A stretch of 64,000 nucleotides of DNA from an uncultured Alphaproteobacteria bacterium (GCA_963757195.1 CAVWQG010000004.1:502044-566043); one strand, 5' to 3'. Counted from the stretch's first letter, positions 9,963 to 19,925 are shown. Numbers and translations are program-made. The notes: generated by a model from the sequence alone, not told the origin.

Positions 9963-10574
9963 ATGATACGCAAACTCACACTTAAAAGTTTTGCCGCCGG
10001 GCTATTCGCATTAACAATCCCGGTCTCGGAGGCATCCGCCGGAGATCAGGCGAAAGCGATCGTGAATGCCCTCGATCCGAAGACCATGAATGAGCTATTC
10101 GAGGTCGCGCGCGGACAACCGGACGCCGCGGTCACGAATATCACCCCTGTTTCCGCAAACACGTTCCGGTTCCTGTTCATTTGGCCGGCCTCAAACCCGG
10201 CCATGACTTACGACCGGGTGGGGCGAAGCTTCGCGGAACGCTTTGCCTATTTCGCAGATCAATGGAAGCTCCTTGCGGCCGGGTTCTGTCTGTCCGGCCC
10301 CAACCTGATGTTCGGCACCGCGCCCTATGGCGAGGAAGAGGTCAACGTCGCCTATCGAGACATCGAAGTGCGCTATGCCTTCGGAAAGCAGGCTCCTTGC
10401 GACGGCCGGTATCTCTCGATCGCGGAAGTGGAACGGACTGTCAAGTCTTCAGCCGCCACGAATGGATACAGCATCGGTTCATTGCCATTGCCCTCACCCT
10501 CGCAGCAATTGACAACGCCCGAGGAGCGCCTCAAGCCCTTCCTCAACCCTAGCCCTCTCGCCCCGCCGGAGTAG
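9963..10574 (+). CDS. secreted hypothetical protein
   Basis: Signal peptide MIRKLTLKSFAAGLFALTIPVSEASA; no family recognised. Confidence 0.7.
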   Translation: MIRKLTLKSFAAGLFALTIPVSEASAGDQAKAIVNALDPKTMNELFEVARGQPDAAVTNITPVSANTFRFLFIWPASNPAMTYDRVGRSFAERFAYFADQWKLLAAGFCLSGPNLMFGTAPYGEEEVNVAYRDIEVRYAFGKQAPCDGRYLSIAEVERTVKSSAATNGYSIGSLPLPSPSQQLTTPEERLKPFLNPSPLAPPE

Positions 10575-10576
10575 AC

Positions 10577-11656
10577 TTATTGCGCACTCGCCGATGAGCT
10601 CTTTTGAGCAGTTGCGGGCTCACGGAACAGAACATCCACGCGCATTCCCGGAAGCAGCGGCACGCCTTCCTCAAGGTCGAGAACGACCTCGAGAACATCG
10701 ACGTCCGCCTGCTTGCGCCGGTTCCGCGACGAGAGCTGCGGCGCGCCAAGCGCTTTCGCGATCGTGGAAACTCTTACATCGAACGTCCGGTCAGGGAATG
10801 CGTCCGACTTGACAATGGCCGGCTGTCCTTGGTGCACCTTGGCGACATCGCGCTCGCCCACTTCGGCGCGCACTTGCAAGTGGTCCGTATCTCCCAAGGT
10901 TAGCAACGGGTTCTCGGCGGCGACGCCTGCCATTTCTCCGGTCTTTGCATTCAGTTCAAGAACAGCGGCATCCATCGGCGCCCGGATACGCATGCGCTCG
11001 ATACTCGCGCTGACAACGGAAACATCTGCACGTGCGGCCGACAGCGCGGCCTCCTCGCGCTTGAGCGCGGGCAGATCCTTTGCGAGCACTTTCTTGAGCT
11101 TTTGCTGGTCCTGCTGCACCTTCTCGTTGGCGGCGGTGACGGCGTCCCGGGCGTTTTGCACGTCAGCCAGGGAGGCCTTGCCTTCTTTGGCCTCCGAGAT
11201 CACGCGATCCAGGTCCATTCTGGCGTCGAAAGCGGCGCGCTCGGCATTGTAGAGATTATCCTCAGCCTTTCGCCGTTCCCTGGCTGATTCGGAGGCTTTC
11301 ACGTCATCTCGATCGGCGGTTCTGACCGCGACCTGCGCCTTTGCGGCGGCCAGTTTCGCCTTCAGTTCTTCATCATCGAGCCGGATCAAGAGGTCGCCCT
11401 TTTGAACCCGGTCATTCAACCCGACGAGAACCTCCTTGATGACGGCAGGGGCCGGAGCGACGACGCGAAGCGCGCGCCCCCTCGGCTCTACACGGCCGGG
11501 AGCGGCAGCCGCCCAGATCGCCTCGGGGCTGGCAGTCTGTTCCGAGTGCGTGGGCATGGCCCCCAGAACAAGGACCACGGCCGAACCTACGAGCGATGCT
11601 CCGATGGCAGTGAGACCAAGAAGACGAATCCAGGAAATGGATGGGATTTTACGCAT
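10577..11656 (-). CDS. HlyD/membrane-fusion adaptor (DevB-like)
   Basis: N-terminal TM, AAAPGRVEP, lipoyl half-motifs, coiled coil, IRAPMDAAVL, LLPGMRVDV. Confidence 0.88.
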   Translation of the reverse strand: MRKIPSISWIRLLGLTAIGASLVGSAVVLVLGAMPTHSEQTASPEAIWAAAAPGRVEPRGRALRVVAPAPAVIKEVLVGLNDRVQKGDLLIRLDDEELKAKLAAAKAQVAVRTADRDDVKASESARERRKAEDNLYNAERAAFDARMDLDRVISEAKEGKASLADVQNARDAVTAANEKVQQDQQKLKKVLAKDLPALKREEAALSAARADVSVVSASIERMRIRAPMDAAVLELNAKTGEMAGVAAENPLLTLGDTDHLQVRAEVGERDVAKVHQGQPAIVKSDAFPDRTFDVRVSTIAKALGAPQLSSRNRRKQADVDVLEVVLDLEEGVPLLPGMRVDVLFREPATAQKSSSASAQ

Positions 11657-11701
11657 GAACCTGCTGCTTTCTCTGATCGCTGTCCGGCGCGTTCTCACTC
11701 C

Positions 11702-11830
11702 CTGGTACAGCCGGAGGCAAGTTCGCCCCCCATTCGCCGCAAGCTCTCGAGTGAACTTGCCTCCGAAAAGCTGTACCAGAGTCTAATCAATTGCTAGTAC
11801 GGGGGCGGGATCTCCCGCGGGGCGTACTAG
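11702..11830. repeat. bipartite CTAG-ended palindromic element, copy 2 (reverse)
   Basis: ctggtacagc..gcaagttcgc...gtgaacttgc..gctgtaccag (11702-11779) and CTAGTACG...CGTACTAG (11794-11830). Confidence 0.8.
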
Positions 11831-12553
11831 AGTATTGGCAGCTGCAATCCGCACAAATTGCCCGCTCTTTTTTTGTTCGAGGATTTTGCCATCCTCGATT
11901 TCAATGACGCGGTCCGCGTATGGAATCGTCCTCGGATCGTGCGTCACGGCCAGGATCGCGCACTTGTCCTTCTTCGCTATTTTCGCGAGCAGTTCCATGA
12001 TGGCCTGACCGTTTTCCGTATCGAGCGCGGCCGTGGGCTCGTCGGCGAGGATGATCGATGGCGATGAGGCGATGGCGCGCGCAACCGCCACGCGCTGTTT
12101 TTCACCGCCGCTCAAAGTTCCGGGATAGCTGCGAAGGCGGTGAGCGATTCCCACATCGTGAAGCGCGCGAAGCGCGCGTCTCCTGCGCTCCGTCCCCGAA
12201 AAACCGCGGACATCGAGACCGATCTGCACATTGTCGAACGCATTGAGCGTCGGAAACAGGTTGTAGGATTGAAAAATGAATCCGAGATGCTTGCGGCGAA
12301 GGCTGGCGAGTGTTTCCGGCTCACTTCCTTCCACGCTCTCTCCGGCAAGCGTTACCGACCCCGAGGTCGGGGTCAGGATGCAGCCCAGGATCGAAAGAAA
12401 CGTCGTCTTTCCGCTCCCCGACGGCCCCATGAGAAGGGTGAACTCGCCCGGATAAAGAGACAGACTCACGTCGTTCAGGGCGACAACCTTGCCGTCGCCT
12501 TCGCCAAGTTCCTTGACGACATGGTGCGCTTCGAGAATAGGCCCCCCTGTCAT
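11783..12553 (-). CDS. ABC exporter ATP-binding subunit (DevA/LolD-like)
   Basis: GPSGSGKTT, LSGGEKQR, LADEPTAALD, VTHD. Confidence 0.92.
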   Translation of the reverse strand: MTGGPILEAHHVVKELGEGDGKVVALNDVSLSLYPGEFTLLMGPSGSGKTTFLSILGCILTPTSGSVTLAGESVEGSEPETLASLRRKHLGFIFQSYNLFPTLNAFDNVQIGLDVRGFSGTERRRRALRALHDVGIAHRLRSYPGTLSGGEKQRVAVARAIASSPSIILADEPTAALDTENGQAIMELLAKIAKKDKCAILAVTHDPRTIPYADRVIEIEDGKILEQKKSGQFVRIAAANTLVRPAGDPAPVLAID

Positions 12554-13686
12554 CGGGCAAACACCATCGCAGGGTCGATTTTCGTTACCTTATATATGGA
12601 TGCGATCGCGGAAATGGCGCACATCGCAACCGTCGCCCCCAGGAGCAGGACCGCTAACAGCGGCGTCAACACAATGGGCATCGGCGTCACCTCGCTGAAC
12701 TGGGCCACAACCAGCGAAACCGCAATGCCGATGGCAAAACCAATGATGGCGCTTACGATCGCTTGCACGAGTATCACCTTGTGGATGTAAGAGGAGGATG
12801 AACCAAGGGCCCTCAATGTGGCGAATTCGGTTAGATGGTCTTTTGTGCTCGAATAAAGCGTTTGAGCAACGATAACCGTTCCAATGACAAGGCCCAGAAG
12901 TGCGCCGCCCAGGAGCGCGACGCCGGCGCCGGTGCCAAAGAGCCAATAATCGAGATTGAGTTTCAAGAATTCCGCCTTGGTGTAGACGGACACATCCGGC
13001 AGTTTTGCCGCCAGCTCCTGCTTCACATGGGTTGGATCGGCGCCTGGCAGAACGTTGACAAGGTAGAAGGTGGCTTGATCAGGCGGCACGGATAGAATGT
13101 CTCGCGCCTTTTTCATGCTCGTGAAAATAAAAGGAGATGTGGTGAAGGACCGAATGCCGTTCGTGAGACCTTCCACCCGCACCCGCTGGCCGGCGATTTC
13201 CGCATCCGCGCCGAGGCCCGATATGCCGAGGATCTTGGCATAGGTCCGGTCGACGATCACCCCATCCTGCAAGGCGGGCGCCGCGGCGCCTTCGACGATA
13301 TTCCACGGCTTGAGGCTTGCCTCGCCCTTTTCGGCGCCGATAACAATGACATTCACCGTGCCCGAGTCAGGCTTGCGCCAGCCCGAGAAAGCCACGACAA
13401 GTGGGTTCACGGATTCGACGCCGGGCACGGACAGCGCCAGGAAGCGTTCACGTCCGGTCAGGGGCGGAGCCTGTTCGAAGCTGTTGGCGCCATAGGCGGC
13501 GATCCATATGTCGCCTGTCGTGTGCGCAACCATGCCCACGATCATCTTGCGCGCGCCGAGATAAAGCCCAAGCTGTACGGCGAGGAGCACCACGGCAAAG
13601 AGGACGCCGACAAGGGTTACAAGAAAGCGCGCACGGTCGTGCAGCAGGTTGCGTATCGCGAGTTTAACAATCATTGGTACAAACAA
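12550..13686 (-). CDS. ABC exporter permease (DevC/MacB-FtsX-like)
   Basis: KLAIRNLLHDRARF, EFATLRALG, KIDPAMVF; operon with ATPase and adaptor. Confidence 0.9.
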   Translation of the reverse strand: MFVPMIVKLAIRNLLHDRARFLVTLVGVLFAVVLLAVQLGLYLGARKMIVGMVAHTTGDIWIAAYGANSFEQAPPLTGRERFLALSVPGVESVNPLVVAFSGWRKPDSGTVNVIVIGAEKGEASLKPWNIVEGAAAPALQDGVIVDRTYAKILGISGLGADAEIAGQRVRVEGLTNGIRSFTTSPFIFTSMKKARDILSVPPDQATFYLVNVLPGADPTHVKQELAAKLPDVSVYTKAEFLKLNLDYWLFGTGAGVALLGGALLGLVIGTVIVAQTLYSSTKDHLTEFATLRALGSSSSYIHKVILVQAIVSAIIGFAIGIAVSLVVAQFSEVTPMPIVLTPLLAVLLLGATVAMCAISAIASIYKVTKIDPAMVFAR

Positions 13687-13966
13687 CGACCCAGGTTACA
13701 AGGGGAAAATGGACTACTCGCGAGGGCGCGAACGTTTAGGGCACTATTACGGCGATGTTATGTCTAACTTCCAATTTCGGTCAATCATTGAACAAAAAAC
13801 TATGGCAGGATCCGGTCAAAGTCGAGGAGCGAGCGCTGATTGCGACTTCTTGACTTGGAAGGCATTGGAGGTCATAACGCTTTCAATCAGTGCGATAGGG
13901 AGCTTTTTAAGTGTTGATCCGTTCTCGCTATGATCAGTAGGGATGTTCGTGCGAATAGGGGGCGAC

Positions 13967-14383
13967 ATGGGCGGCCTAGATCTGCCTCCAGATTATAAGC
14001 CGTCTGAAGACGAACCATTCATGAATGAGCGCCAGCGCGCTTACTTTAGAAAAAAACTTATCGCTTGGCGGGACGAGATCCTTCGAGAGAGCAAGCTAAC
14101 ACTCGATAATCTCCAGGAGTCCGCGCAACACCCGGATGTAACCGACCGGGCGAGCTATGAGTCCGACCGGGGGATCGAGCTTCGCGCCCGCGACCGTCAG
14201 CGCAAACTAATCGCAAAAATAGATGCGGCTCTTGAACGCATCGAGGACGGCTCCTACGGTTATTGCGAAGAAACCGGCGAGCCGATCGGCGTGAAGCGCC
14301 TCGACGCGAGGCCGGTGGCGACGCTGAGCCTGGAAGCCCAGGAACGCCATGAGCGCCGCGAGCGCATCTATCGCGACGATTGA
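13967..14383 (+). CDS. dksA: RNA polymerase-binding factor DksA
   Basis: YKPSEDEPFMNERQ, HPDVTDRAS, ELRARDRQRKLIAKID, YGYCEETGEPIG. Confidence 0.95.
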   Translation: MGGLDLPPDYKPSEDEPFMNERQRAYFRKKLIAWRDEILRESKLTLDNLQESAQHPDVTDRASYESDRGIELRARDRQRKLIAKIDAALERIEDGSYGYCEETGEPIGVKRLDARPVATLSLEAQERHERRERIYRDD

Positions 14384-14433
14384 CGGCGGCCTCATTTTGA
14401 ACAAGTCGATGCGGGGCGTTGCCTTTTAGGGCG

Positions 14434-14613
14434 TTAGACCGCCGCCTTCTTGTGCAAGGGCGGAAGAAGAAATACGGCGATGACTGCGAAGGGGCCAAAG
14501 AGAGCGCCCATCCAGTACCAAGTCTTAACCGCACGTCCACGGCTCACCGCAAATTCGCCGCTTACATAGGTACAAAGAACAGTAATCACCAGAACTATAA
14601 CAACGTCGATCAT
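14434..14613 (-). CDS. small membrane protein
   Basis: RBS AGGAG; two hydrophobic segments; RGRAVKTWYWMGALFGPFA. Confidence 0.65.
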   Translation of the reverse strand: MIDVVIVLVITVLCTYVSGEFAVSRGRAVKTWYWMGALFGPFAVIAVFLLPPLHKKAAV

Positions 14614-14670
14614 GGTGTCTCCTAGACTACAGGTTACTGAAATTAGGCTTAGACCATTGAAATCGCACCA

Positions 14671-14742
14671 CCTCATCCTGAGCTTGTCGAAGGATGAGCC
14701 TGGATTTCCGCTTATTTTAGCATCCTGCTAGGCCTCAGCGTG
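14671..14742. repeat. degenerate ctcatcctgagcttgtcgaagga-type palindromic repeat
   Basis: cctcatcctgagcttgtcgaaggatgag; single copy in window. Confidence 0.4.
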
Positions 14743-14752
14743 CTGCGACATG

Positions 14753-15523
14753 TCAGCGTGTCGCCACGATGAAAAGCCGCGGGAACGGAAGGATGACCGT
14801 TCCATCGGCGAGCGGCTTGTAGTTCTTGGCCAGCTCGTCGCGATAGGCCGCCAGATATGCGGCCCGCTCCTCTTCCGAAAGAGGCTTTAGGAAGGGTATG
14901 AGTCCCGTCCCCTTCAGCCATTCGACGATGGCGTCGACCCCGCCAGCGAGCGGGTGGTAGTAGGTCGTGCGCCAGATGTCGACGCGCGCCGAAAGCGGCT
15001 TCAGAAGCGTGTAATACCAGGTTTCGCTGTTAATCGCGGTGCGGGCCTTGGAAGCCCTGCCGAGCTTAGCGGCGAAGGGAGCGGTCCGCGCGACCTCGCA
15101 CATAGCCAACTGGCAAGGCTCGGCAAGGTTGTCCGGTATTTGGATTGCAAGACTTCCTCCTGGGGCGAGGCGCTGCATCAGCCGCCGCAGGAGCCCCTCG
15201 TGATCGCCGACCCATTGCAGGGACGCGTTCGCGAACAGAAGATCCCACGGCCCAGGCTCGCTCCACTCCTCGATGGAGCCAAGCCGGAATTTCACAAAGG
15301 GAAGCCGTTTTTGCGCCGCCGCGATCATGTCCGGCGAATTGTCGACGCCGGCGATGCTCGCATCGGGGTAATGCTCGACGAGCAGATCCGTGGAGTTGCC
15401 GGGGCCGCATCCAAGATCGGCCGCGTGCTTTACGCTTGCCACCGGAACCGCCTGCAAAAGATCGCGCGCTGGCCGTGTGCGTTCGTCCTCAAATTTCAGG
15501 TACTGCCGAGATGACCAAGTCAT
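14753..15523 (-). CDS. tam: trans-aconitate 2-methyltransferase
   Basis: WSSRQYLKFEDERTRPARDLL, DLGCGPGNST, FANASLQW, FPRLFIVATR. Confidence 0.93.
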   Translation of the reverse strand: MTWSSRQYLKFEDERTRPARDLLQAVPVASVKHAADLGCGPGNSTDLLVEHYPDASIAGVDNSPDMIAAAQKRLPFVKFRLGSIEEWSEPGPWDLLFANASLQWVGDHEGLLRRLMQRLAPGGSLAIQIPDNLAEPCQLAMCEVARTAPFAAKLGRASKARTAINSETWYYTLLKPLSARVDIWRTTYYHPLAGGVDAIVEWLKGTGLIPFLKPLSEEERAAYLAAYRDELAKNYKPLADGTVILPFPRLFIVATR

Positions 15524-15571
15524 TGCGACCCTCGTTTGCTAAGAATTCGCTAGCCGGATCGCCCCCAGGGC

Positions 15572-15725
15572 GTCATCCCGGAAAGGCGAAGTCTTGTCCG
15601 GGATCGTAACGCATTGAACCGCTACCTCTTTACGATCCCGGCTCGCGCTTCGCTTGGCCGGGATGACGACGTGGAGCGAGTGCGCCGGGATGACAATCCG
15701 TTGGCCAAATTGGCGGCGTCTGCCT
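15572..15725 (+). repeat. double-hairpin intergenic repeat with partial second unit
   Basis: gtcatcccggaaaggcgaagtcttgtccgggatc ... gatcccggctcgcgcttcgcttggccgggatgac, then gatgacaatccgttggcca shared with the 43869 copy. Confidence 0.85.
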
Positions 15726-15752
15726 AGAGGGTGATGCGGGGGCCGGGCAGGG

Positions 15753-16310
15753 TCAAGTCTTGCGAAGGAAATGGAGCGCCGTATCGCCGTAGGTGCGGAC
15801 ATCGACTTCAACGAAACCTGCCGGAACGACTGCGGCGATGTCCGCACGCTCTTCCAGCACGCAAACCGCGCCCGGCGAAAGCCAGCCGCCCTCCGCCGCT
15901 GCGCTAAGCGCCAGTTCGCTGAGCCCTTTCCCGTAGGGAGGATCGGCGAACAAAAGCTGGCAGGGCTGCATCGGCGCGGCTGGGCCAAGTTTGGTTGCGT
16001 CGCGCCGCCAGACCTTGCTTGCGCCGGTCAGAGCGAGCGCCTCGATGTTCTCCCGGATCGCGCCGCGCGCATCGGCGTCGTCTTCGACGAAGAGGCAATA
16101 GGCCGCGCCCCGCGACAGCGCTTCAAGACCGAGCGCGCCGGAGCCTGCGAAAAGGTCGAGCACGCGCGCGCCCTCGATGCTGAAGCCTTTCACGCCATGC
16201 GCGAGGATGTTGAAAAGGGACTCGCGCACCCGGTCCGACGTCGGGCGCGTGAGCATGCCTGAAGGAGCGGCTATCGATCGCCCGCGAAAGCGCCCGCCGA
16301 CAATTCTCAC
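15753..16310 (-). CDS. rsmD: 16S rRNA m2G966 methyltransferase
   Basis: MRIVGGRFRGR, TRPTSDRVRESLFN, LDLFAGSGALGLEALSRGA, ADPPY. Confidence 0.95.
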   Translation of the reverse strand: MRIVGGRFRGRSIAAPSGMLTRPTSDRVRESLFNILAHGVKGFSIEGARVLDLFAGSGALGLEALSRGAAYCLFVEDDADARGAIRENIEALALTGASKVWRRDATKLGPAAPMQPCQLLFADPPYGKGLSELALSAAAEGGWLSPGAVCVLEERADIAAVVPAGFVEVDVRTYGDTALHFLRKT

Positions 16311-18550
16311 GGGGTGTCCTCACCGGTTTGCGGTCTCGGTTTGCGCGGTCCGCCTGGGCGCGGCTTTTGCCCGGGTCCAGGCCGGCGCTTGAAAGGTTTG
16401 CCGCCCGCCCCGCGCGCCGGCGCATCGCGCCTTGGCCCTTTGAAGCCGGGCTTTCCGAATGACCTCGGTTTCCCCGCCTCGCTCGGACCCCCGTCTTTTC
16501 TATACGGACGCCCCGCCGCGCGCTGCGGCCGTTCTCCTGAAGCATCGCTCCCGGGTGCGCGCCGTTCGCCGCCTTCTCCACGCGTCGATGCTTCGCGCCT
16601 CGGCCCTTTGAAGCCGGGCTTCCCGAATGACCTCGGTTTCCCGGCCTCGCCAGCACCGCCGTCTTTTCTATACGGACGCCCCTCCGCACACTGCGGCCGT
16701 TCTCCTGAAGCATCGCTCCCGGGTGCGCGCCGTTCGCCGCCATCTCCACGCGCCGATTGTTCGCGCCTTGGCCCTTTGAAGCCGGGCTTTCCGAATGACC
16801 TCGGTTTCCCGGTCTCGCCCGCACCGCCGTCTTTTTTATACGGACGCCTCTCGGGACGTTGCGGACGTTCTCCTGAACCTTCGCTCCCAGGGGCGCGCCG
16901 TTCGCCGCCATCTCCACGCGCCGATGCTTCACGCCTCGGCCCTTTGAAGCCGGGCTTTCCGAATGACCTCGGTTTCCCGGCCTCGCCAGCACCGTCGTCT
17001 TTTCTATACGGACGCCTCTCGGGACGCTGCGAACGTTCTCCCGGACCTTCGCTCCCAGGGGCGCGTCGTTCGCCGCCCTCACGGTCGCGCCAGGGCGCCC
17101 GGCCTGTTGAATCACCGTCACTATCCCGGCGGAATAACTTCCCGAAAGACCTCGGCTTTTCCGCGCCGCCGTGCTCGTCGCGTGCTTGATAAGGACGCCT
17201 TTCCGGGCGCGCCTCGCCGCTGCGTTCAGGGCCGCGATCTTGCCTGAAAGGCCGGTCTCCGCCTTCACCCGAACGGCATCGAGACCTCGGCCGTTCCTCG
17301 CCTTGTTCCGGGCGCGATTTCCAGCGGGGGCGTTCCCCGGATTCCTGCCCGGTCTTGTTGCGCGCGGAAAATGAGGGGCGTTCGCTGGCGGCGCGGCCTT
17401 CTTCACGGCGCGGCGGGCGATCCCCCCCTGCGCGCGCTCCCCGATCCGGCGCCTTCCTCCACCCCTGCCCGCCCTCGCGGCTGGCGGGCCGATCCCGGTC
17501 CTCGCGCTCGGGACGGTCTTCCCGGCTGCGGCGAGAGGGTCTTTCAGAAGCGGGGCCACCCTTGCCGAAGCGATCCGGCTTCTTTTCGGGGATAAACTCA
17601 ACCCGCGGAGCCTCCGATCCATCCATCGGGAGCACTCGGCGGCGCTTCAACCGTGTTTCTTCCGCCGGCCTTTCCGGTCTTTCGGGGCCGCTCGGCTTTC
17701 GCCGCAGATAGGTCGGCTTCGAGCGCGTTGGCGCGAGCTTCCGCTCTTCCCGCATCACCTCGCGCCTGACGCCGAGTTGCCGGGTAAGGCGCGGGCCGAG
17801 TTGATCCTTCAAGACGCTGGTTTTCACTTCCTCGATCTGGCCGGGCTCCAGATCGCCCAGCACGAACGGCCCGAAGGAAACGCGGATGAGCCTGTTAACG
17901 GTGAGGCCCAGATGCTCCATGATGCGGCGCACTTCGCGGTTCTTGCCTTCGCGGATCAAGAGCGTGATCCAGACGTTGTCGCCCTGCTCGCGCTCGAGCT
18001 TGGCTTCAATCGGGCCGTAATTGACGCCGCCCGTTCTCAAGCCTCCCGCAAGCTCATCCAGTTTAGATTGCTCGATCTGCCCGAAGGCGCGGACGCGATA
18101 ACGCCGGGCCCAACCCGTGGAAGGGAGTTCGAGATGCCTCGCGAGATCGCCGTCGTTTGTGAGAAGAAGAAGACCCTCCGTGTTGAAGTCGAGCCGGCCC
18201 ACCGAAATCAGCCGGGGCAGGTTTTCCGGAAGGGCCTCGAAGACGGTCGGCCGCCCTTCGGGATCTTTATGCGTCGTCACCCTGCCCTTCGGCTTGTGAT
18301 AGCGCCAGAGCCGGGGCGGCTCCCGCGCGGCGAGAGGCTTCCCATCGACAAGCACCTTGTCAGCGGGCGAAACATCGAGCGCCGCGCTTTCGATGACGGC
18401 GCCGTTCACCGATACCCGTTTTTCCCCAATCAAGACTTCGGCGTCCCGTCTCGAGCAAAGCCCTGATCTCGCAATGACTTTTGCAATCCGGTCGCCCTGC
18501 GCCGTTCCATCTTCTGGGGTTTCGTTAAGTGCAGACATGATCATGACCAA
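16307..18550 (-). CDS. rluB: S4-domain 23S rRNA pseudouridine synthase (RluB-like) with long repetitive tail
   Basis: RIAKVIARSGLCSRRDAE, SVGRLDFNTEGLLLLTNDG, EGKNREVRR; start may be 18538. Confidence 0.9.
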   Translation of the reverse strand: MVMIMSALNETPEDGTAQGDRIAKVIARSGLCSRRDAEVLIGEKRVSVNGAVIESAALDVSPADKVLVDGKPLAAREPPRLWRYHKPKGRVTTHKDPEGRPTVFEALPENLPRLISVGRLDFNTEGLLLLTNDGDLARHLELPSTGWARRYRVRAFGQIEQSKLDELAGGLRTGGVNYGPIEAKLEREQGDNVWITLLIREGKNREVRRIMEHLGLTVNRLIRVSFGPFVLGDLEPGQIEEVKTSVLKDQLGPRLTRQLGVRREVMREERKLAPTRSKPTYLRRKPSGPERPERPAEETRLKRRRVLPMDGSEAPRVEFIPEKKPDRFGKGGPASERPSRRSREDRPEREDRDRPASREGGQGWRKAPDRGARAGGDRPPRREEGRAASERPSFSARNKTGQESGERPRWKSRPEQGEERPRSRCRSGEGGDRPFRQDRGPERSGEARPERRPYQARDEHGGAEKPRSFGKLFRRDSDGDSTGRAPWRDREGGERRAPGSEGPGERSQRPERRPYRKDDGAGEAGKPRSFGKPGFKGPRREASARGDGGERRAPGSEGSGERPQRPERRPYKKDGGAGETGKPRSFGKPGFKGPRREQSARGDGGERRAPGSDASGERPQCAEGRPYRKDGGAGEAGKPRSFGKPGFKGPRREASTRGEGGERRAPGSDASGERPQRAAGRPYRKDGGPSEAGKPRSFGKPGFKGPRRDAPARGAGGKPFKRRPGPGQKPRPGGPRKPRPQTGEDTP
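16420..17090 (-). repeat. 168-bp in-frame tandem repeat (about 4 units) in rluB tail
   Basis: ggccctttgaagccggg at 16434, 16602, 16770, 16938; unit GKPRSFGKPGFKGPRREASARGDGGERRAPGS...RPY.KDGGAGE. Confidence 0.95.
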
Positions 18551-18611
18551 TGAAAAGAGCTAGCATCCGCGAAGCGCGAAGTGATTCGGGCCAGGGGAAG
18601 GAGAACAATAC

Positions 18612-19685
18612 ATGCGGCGCGAGAGAATTATCAAAGCCGTCAACAGTTTGCGCGAGGCCCTTCATGCCGCGCAAATTCGTGAGTTGTTGCGCGTCGCCAG
18701 AACCGGACAGCAAGCCGACAGCGTGAACCGCACGCAGCGTATCCTTCTCGCATATAATGAGTTCACACGCCACTATCAGCAGTTCGGCGAGGAAGAAAAA
18801 GACCTGATGACGTTCTTCGGGCTGACGCCGCTGCTCGATCTCGGTTTCTGGTCGGGACTGATTGACGGCGAGCAGGCCGTAAACCGCAAGCTCATTTCCG
18901 ATGTGGATGTCGGCGCTTACAATGTCATCTTCGTCATGCCGAAGCTGCGCGAGCTTCTGACGCGTGAAACGGACAGGGGCGAACTCATTATAACCGACAG
19001 CCAGGGGACGGAGCGCGAAATCAAGCGCGTCCGCGTGCTGATCGCGGAAAAGGAACGGTCGCTGACCGATCCGCAGATCATCGTCAACGTGATCCGCTCC
19101 ATGGATGAGCTGTACTCCTCCCTCTCCGCCTTGCATCTCGACGGGGGAGTGAATCTCGCCATCGGCTCCATCGACTCGGGCAGCGCCAAGTCCCTCGATT
19201 TCTTCGGCGCCAGCACCATCATGGAAGACATCAACTCGCTTCTGATCAATGTCTGGGATCGCATCAAATATGCGACGGAGGACAATTTCCGTTACCAGAT
19301 CGAGGTCGCGATGATGGCGGCCGGGTTCGTAGCGCGGATCAAGGAAGCGCAGGCCCAGCAGATGATCGGGGAAGAGCAGGCCCAGCGCACAACGCGCATC
19401 GTGGCCAAGTCGATCGAGACGCTGTTCCGGTCGGGGGCTTACACAGAGGATATGGACGCGCCCCGCGACATCCGGGCAAGTCAGGTGCTGACGCCCAGAA
19501 CACAGCTGATCGAGTTCAAGCAAGAGGAACGCGCGGCCGAAGTAAAGCGCGAGGAGTTGCGGCCTGCGCTTGAGCCTGTGGCGGCTCCATCGGCGGCTGA
19601 CGCCATTTCTTCGGCGCCAAAGGCCGCTGAAATCCTTCGGGATCTCAAGGACCAGCTTGAAATGAAGGAAACCGCCAAGGTCTAA
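18612..19685 (+). CDS. hypothetical protein (357 aa)
   Basis: Long ORF with RBS-like GGGGAAGGAG and host-like codon style; no family recognised. Confidence 0.75.
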   Translation: MRRERIIKAVNSLREALHAAQIRELLRVARTGQQADSVNRTQRILLAYNEFTRHYQQFGEEEKDLMTFFGLTPLLDLGFWSGLIDGEQAVNRKLISDVDVGAYNVIFVMPKLRELLTRETDRGELIITDSQGTEREIKRVRVLIAEKERSLTDPQIIVNVIRSMDELYSSLSALHLDGGVNLAIGSIDSGSAKSLDFFGASTIMEDINSLLINVWDRIKYATEDNFRYQIEVAMMAAGFVARIKEAQAQQMIGEEQAQRTTRIVAKSIETLFRSGAYTEDMDAPRDIRASQVLTPRTQLIEFKQEERAAEVKREELRPALEPVAAPSAADAISSAPKAAEILRDLKDQLEMKETAKV

Positions 19686-19835
19686 GCGGCGCCCGCTGGT
19701 TTCGAAACCGATGCGAGCGCAGCAGGATTTTGAGGAAGGCGCTCTGTCCGCGTTAGCAGTGATCCATGGCTCGCCCGCGAAGGGCGCAATGAATACGCTG
19801 AAGCGGGTTGAGTTTAGACGTGTCTACTCCCACGC

Positions 19836-19925
19836 GTTATCCCCGAAACGCCGCAAGGCGTTATCGGGGATGCAGGCGTTGGCATTACGGTCCCGGATAA
19901 GCACTGAAGCGCACTCCGGGACGAC
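19836..19925 (+). repeat. variant of the double-hairpin repeat
   Basis: gttatccccgaaacgccgcaaggcgttatcggggat ... ggtcccggataagc..gcactccgggacgac. Confidence 0.6.

Noticed and set aside
16420-17090. Regularly spaced repeats as a CRISPR array
   Set aside because: The whole 168-bp unit repeats, in frame inside rluB, with no unique spacers or cas genes
16123-17622. Long alternative-frame ORFs (e.g. 499 aa here, 37448-39697, 35071-36120, 5631-6683)
   Set aside because: Shadow frames of well-supported genes in high-GC DNA, with no motifs
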